From: Ruditapes philippinarum
Taxonomy: Eukaryota
Assembly: GCF_026571515.1 (NCBI RefSeq)
Contig: NW_026853689.1
Location: forward strand, 124,001 to 185,332
Direction: 5' to 3'
Length of the DNA stretch: 61,332 nt
The translations under genes were made by a program, and so were the position numbers. The notes under the pieces are model-generated. The model had not been told where the DNA came from and did not search any database. It saw only the letters and a list, made by a program, of their open reading frames with translations. Of this stretch, positions 56,069 through 61,332 are shown piece after piece (position 1 is the first letter of the stretch; every line of letters begins with the position of its first letter).

Positions 56069-58376
56069 GCCGTTTCTAGGTCTTTACACTGTATCATCAG
56101 CGAAAGATACGGTCTATTTTCATACTTAAATCTCATTTTATGGGAATGATCTTTTTCTTGACTTAATTGATAAGGTCATACAAAAGAAATGTTTGATGTT
56201 CGTCTTTTTTAAGCTATAAAATGCATGTATGGCAAATTCAGTACCATCGTTTTCTTAATTGGAGAACTTTTATTAATTTTGATTAATAGCGACTCGGAAA
56301 ACAAACGTATATAACCGCCATATAACCTGTCAATAATTTTTATAACCAATAATATAGATGCCGCAATGTTACAATGAATAATCGACGTTACAAACATAGT
56401 TATTTAATAAATATATATCTATGGTAGCTTTGCAGACACTCGCAAATGAGTGAATCTGTGAAAAATAGTGAGAAACAGCAACAGATTTTTTCATATACAT
56501 AAATATATATATATATATATAAACCACATTTACACGATATGTCGACAAAACTTCTGGTCATGTAAAATGGAGCATTTTCAACGATCAAACTCGCAACAAT
56601 GGTCATTGAATAGTTCAGTAAAGTGATAAAATTAACAGAGAATTGTTAGTAACAAGATATGTTTCAATAATGACGACTATTATTTAACAAGATTGAAATA
56701 AAAAATTTGAACGATTATTGACTTGTCCATCACAAAATATATCTAAAACCAATTCAATTATTCAGTGAATTTCTTCTTTTAATGCATCAGATTCCTATGT
56801 TTACTAATTTTTTACAATTGGGGGCAAAGTACGTATGACTATTTGTGAAATTGATCACATATTTAACATAAGTGAAGAAAAAGTACATTTTTTAAAAAGT
56901 TCCCACAATAACTCCTTATTTCATTTATCATATAAACGCAAGAAACAAATCTAATATAACCAAATTCAGATATACATGTACATGTAGTAACATACCGAAA
57001 TCCTTGTTGTTGAGACAGCATCATTTACATTCCCCAAATAGAAAAAAAACATAGTTGGTTTAAACGTATTTATTCAACAAAACATTTAATAAGTGAACAA
57101 TAAGTACATTTTGGATTGGGCAGAAAGCTATAAAGATTATGAGTGTCCTCTTCAATAGTTATGTCTACAAAACATGCTAACATTTGAACGCAGTTAAAAT
57201 ATATCTTTTCAGTCTTAGTGTTGGGTATAAAACATATATTTTCCCTGCCCGGCCTTATACAACACATATGCCGACTTCATAATCCGATTAAGCATTTATA
57301 TTATAATAAGACTATCATGTATTCCATACAATATAATTGTTTACAATAGCAACATATTGCGTATTTATTGGTAATATCTCGTGCCCATGAATTGATTCTA
57401 TTACCCATACTTCGTACATCAGATCCAGCTCGTCTTTTATCATTGCGAAGGATTTGGCGTAAATAAATCTATATTTGTCAAAATCATGGCGGGAAAATGC
57501 TTACAGACATGGGCAAAGAAATAATGCAAATTCAGAAATGCGCGGATAATATTTTTTCTCTCAATTATATTATAATTAGGGCCGTGGATTGTTAAATGTG
57601 GGTCGCTAGCTGCAAATAAAAAAAGCTTGTTTACTTATATTCTTGGTTTGACAATGGGGCATGTTACAATAACAGACATTTACATGTTAAAAAGGAAAAG
57701 TTATTTATTCTTGAAAAATAATCTTAAGTAGTAAAATCTCACTTTCTGGCGCAGATATCTCTAAAAGTATAAAGTTTTTCATAAATTTGTTTCAGTTATG
57801 ATTTACTTTAATCTTGCGAAGTTTAAGAAAGTCTGTTCACTGGGCCAAATTCTTCTCCTCACAATAGGCAATTTCAGAAGCAAGTTCAATATAAAAACTC
57901 AGCAAGGCTCATTTTTAATTTACAAAGACATGATTTGAACATGTAAAAGAAATGTCAATTTATTAATGCACTGCACAAGTAGAAGTGTTTCAAGCAAATA
58001 AGAAATTGTTGTTTGATAGAATAAAAATTAGAATTTACTCTTTCTGTTTGCTATTATCTAGTTTTTTTTATCAGTGTAAAAGTTTGAAGCAAAAGTGAAG
58101 CAACCTTTGATTACACATTTATTTTTCCTTTCAAACAACAAAATTAAACAAAAATCATATATGATCACAATCATCACATCAATAGCATCTAAAGACATAA
58201 TGATGCATAGAACAACTTTTATAGATCATTGTAATTAACATGCCTAAACTAAATATCAAATTAACACAAAAGTTGAAAACTGAATTATTTAAAGTCATAA
58301 ACAAACTAGATTATCCTTAAATAGAATAATCATTGCATAAACATTTGAACAGTATTAAATGAACTATGGAACACTA

Positions 58377-59189
58377 TTGGCATGCGAGCAGTTCCCGTAC
58401 AGAAGCAGTACCCGTATTTTTCATTTAAACGCTCGATTTTTACCTGCATTCTTCAAAAATTCATTTCAAATCAAGCAGATACATAAACGAGACAAAATCT
58501 AAGTGTCAGTTTGGCAGTACGTATAAAAAGTCTCATTTTAAATCACTTTCACCTGTGCGTCGTCAAAACGTGACCTTGTTTTCTCTGGGGGATTCCGTCA
58601 TTGCGCGCATGCGCAAAAATTCTTACACGTGAGGCTTGATAAAGGGTTTTCCACTAATACCACCTGTTTACAAATAAGTAGGCAATGTGATGAAAACTTG
58701 TTTAATTATCAGAATTTTGACCAATATTACAATATAAAATAATTTTATGCCTTTGATGCGTAAAATATCATGAATACAAGCATTCTTTTGCATGTGAATG
58801 CGTTGGGGTAACGGTAACCGGGGTAATAGATACCCGCGTTTAGTCTACGCTCTATTTCCTGAATTACATCTATTTATCTCTTAGATAATGGTCTGTTCAA
58901 CAATTGTAAATGAAAAATAGGTCCGATATAATAAAACTGTGTAATTATAATGGGTTAGATTTATGTACGGGAACTACTTTCTCTTCATACAAAATAATGG
59001 ATAATTTAGGTACCCCATATGAGGCCTCATAAGTAAGGGTTATTCTATGGTTAGAACATGATGGAATTTCCATGATTTGTGTGACGAGCCGAATATTGAT
59101 GTGTAACATTCAAATTTTGGTGAGTGAGCGCAATAAAAAATAATGTTTAAGTAACTATGATTTTTGTACGGGAACTGCTCGCATGCCAG
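58377..59189. mobile_element. MITE, 813 bp, ~25 bp TIRs, TA target duplication (Tc1/mariner-type)
   Basis: TA|ttggcatgcgagcagttcccgtaca ... tgtacgggaactgctcgcatgccag|TA; no ORF. Confidence 0.85.
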
Positions 59190-59270
59190 TACAAATATAA
59201 AGAAAACATCTACACTCAAATATAGTTGAAATAGTCATATTGAAAGAAAAAAACATTAAAGCATGACGGC

Positions 59271-59635
59271 TGAGAGAGAACACGTTTATATGAGTGTTCG
59301 CTTCAACTGTTCAATGAGAGAGAACACGTTTATAAATACGAGTGTTCGCTTCAACTGTTCAATTAGAGGGAACACGTTTATATGAGTGTTCGCTTCAACT
59401 GTTCAATGAGAGGGAACACATTTATACGAGTGTTCGCTTCAACTGTTCAATGAGAGAGAACACGTTTATACGAGTGTTCGCTTCAACTGTTCAATGAGAG
59501 AGAACACGTTTATACGAGTGTTCGCTTCAACTGTTCAATGAGAGAGAACACGTTTATACGAGTGTTCGCTATAACTGTTCAATGAGAGAGAACACATTTA
59601 TACGAGTGTTCGCTTCAACTGTTCAGTGAGAGGGA
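59271..59635. repeat. Minisatellite, 44 bp unit, ~8 copies
   Basis: tgagagagaacacgtttatacgagtgttcgcttcaactgttcaa repeated head to tail. Confidence 0.95.
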
Positions 59636-61332
59636 AATATGGTTTATACATTTATTTATGTATATGAAAAAAAATATAGTGCTGTTTTTTTACTATGTTT
59701 CACATATTCACTCGTTACTTGCTACCTCAACAATAAAGTAAAGTATGTTAGGCAATATTTCACTGCAAAAGCGCAAACATATTAACTATTAAAAAGGGAA
59801 GTAACTTGAAATAAGTCACTATGTATATTGTGTCATATTTCTGTCACTTGGCATTCAAACTTTTTTTAAAACGTTGGAGTATTGTGCAATGTTCAAGGCA
59901 GCGAAAAAATACAAAAATAGATGCGATTTTGTTAAGTAGTTTTGTAAATGTCTTTTAAGTGCTTCAAATAAAATGCATAAGCCCCTTCAAAGACTTTCCT
60001 CAACTGTAACTGACTAAGTACAAAGTAGCTCTATCTCCGAATTACATTTTATCCGACAAGATTCGGCCGGTGAGCACTATTCAAACATTGCACCGACTGA
60101 ATCAGTAGAAAATGAGGAAAACTTCACGTAAACCGTTAAAACGTTAGAGGAAAGTGCTGTCTTAACCTTATTAAGCACAAAACAGAAACACAGTTTTGCA
60201 ATGGGCAAGGCTTACGATTGTTTATTATTTGAGCAGTGTGTACAAGTACATGTTATTGTAGAGGTTCGTTTTCATACATACAAAAATACATTATCATATG
60301 ACAAACCATATAATTTATTTATTATCCTTCATCATACATGACGACTTGAACGACAATTACACAACCAGTTTTAAATAACTACAGACAGAGCAAGTTTACA
60401 AATATGATATATACATTACAAGACAGAATAATTAACAAATGCAAGTTATCTATAAAATGTATACATTGGACAGCACAATTATATGATTTGCCCCTAACTG
60501 AAAAGTATAGCACTGAATAAGAATTAATAGTTACAGTATACCTATATAGCTTGTTACAAACATTTTACCAACATAGATGATTGTATGACTGTTACATATT
60601 TTATATAAAATCTGTTTAATGTCTTATGTTTCCGATTTATCATAAATATTTACTGCAAAGCCATATACAACTAGCTGAAATACAATATTCGAATTTGAAT
60701 AAAATTGTCCTTCACAATCGAAACCAAGCGTAGAACTGATTTCCTCGAGCATTTTTACCACCTAAAACCACATGACCAATCACTGGTTTATGTGTGAAAT
60801 AACGTTGAGGCTGCAGAACTTAAAAGTATTACATAAACCTTTTCACATTACAAAATAGCTATCTTACTTTACTCTAATTTGATAATGTTAGCAGTTATAT
60901 GATCTACCCGGAGAGTGCTAGGTCTTCCAAAAAAATGTACATGTATATGAAACATGCATTCCATAGCGTCGTTACAATTACTGGTGTTGATAATCTTTTC
61001 ATGTGACTTTTTTAACATGTATTCTATCTATCTATTTATCTATTTTACTTCATTTCTTTACTGATACTCTTCAAATTTAATTCAACAAAAATCTATGCTT
61101 TATCAGAGTGTAGAACCATCCGACACTACTTTTTGAAACGATTTGACAGTTTATATTCTTATTTTAAGGTATCTAGCAACCTATAAAGTCGATAATTGTA
61201 TTGTTTATCGTCATGCATTATCACTCGAATATAGCCTTTTTATGTTTTGAAATTTTCGCTGCGATCAATGATATATAGCGAGATAAAAAAAACTGTAAGT
61301 AAGAAAGTGCTTTAAGTATTTGGTTTATCTTG

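Noticed and set aside
58372-58400. CACTA element terminus
   Set aside because: There is no matching TAGTG at the other end; TA-flanked TIRs explain the element better.
59271-59635. CRISPR-like palindromic repeats
   Set aside because: Units are head to tail with no unique spacers, there are no cas genes, and the context is eukaryotic.

Overview
AT-rich, intron-containing animal genomic DNA; the repeat landscape suggests a bivalve mollusc (inference). Two host genes are recognisable. A two-coding-exon 5-HT1-type serotonin receptor lies on the + strand (4585-6683, 416 aa after splicing). The 5' half of a polypeptide N-acetylgalactosaminyltransferase with a very long acidic stem lies on the - strand (56068-52587). 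Between them is a tandem array of a 5-10 kb unit: three main copies (A 14969-25338, B 25340-~32840, C ~34100-~39420), an older diverged remnant near 14.3 kb and a partial copy from 41565. Each copy carries its own insertions, with empty sites visible in the sister copies: a 5'-truncated non-LTR retrotransposon with a nested Helentron-type element carrying a tRNA-Pro relic, an older LINE fragment plus SINE, a satellite-bearing HINE at the B/C junction, and a Crypton-like hairpin element. The unit has conserved promoter- and splice-like signals suggesting an unrecognised gene or pseudogene family, but I could not assign a product. About 42-52.5 kb looks like insertion-rich, unpolished long-read sequence and probably hides the missing GALNT exons. 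There is no prokaryotic system or CRISPR array.
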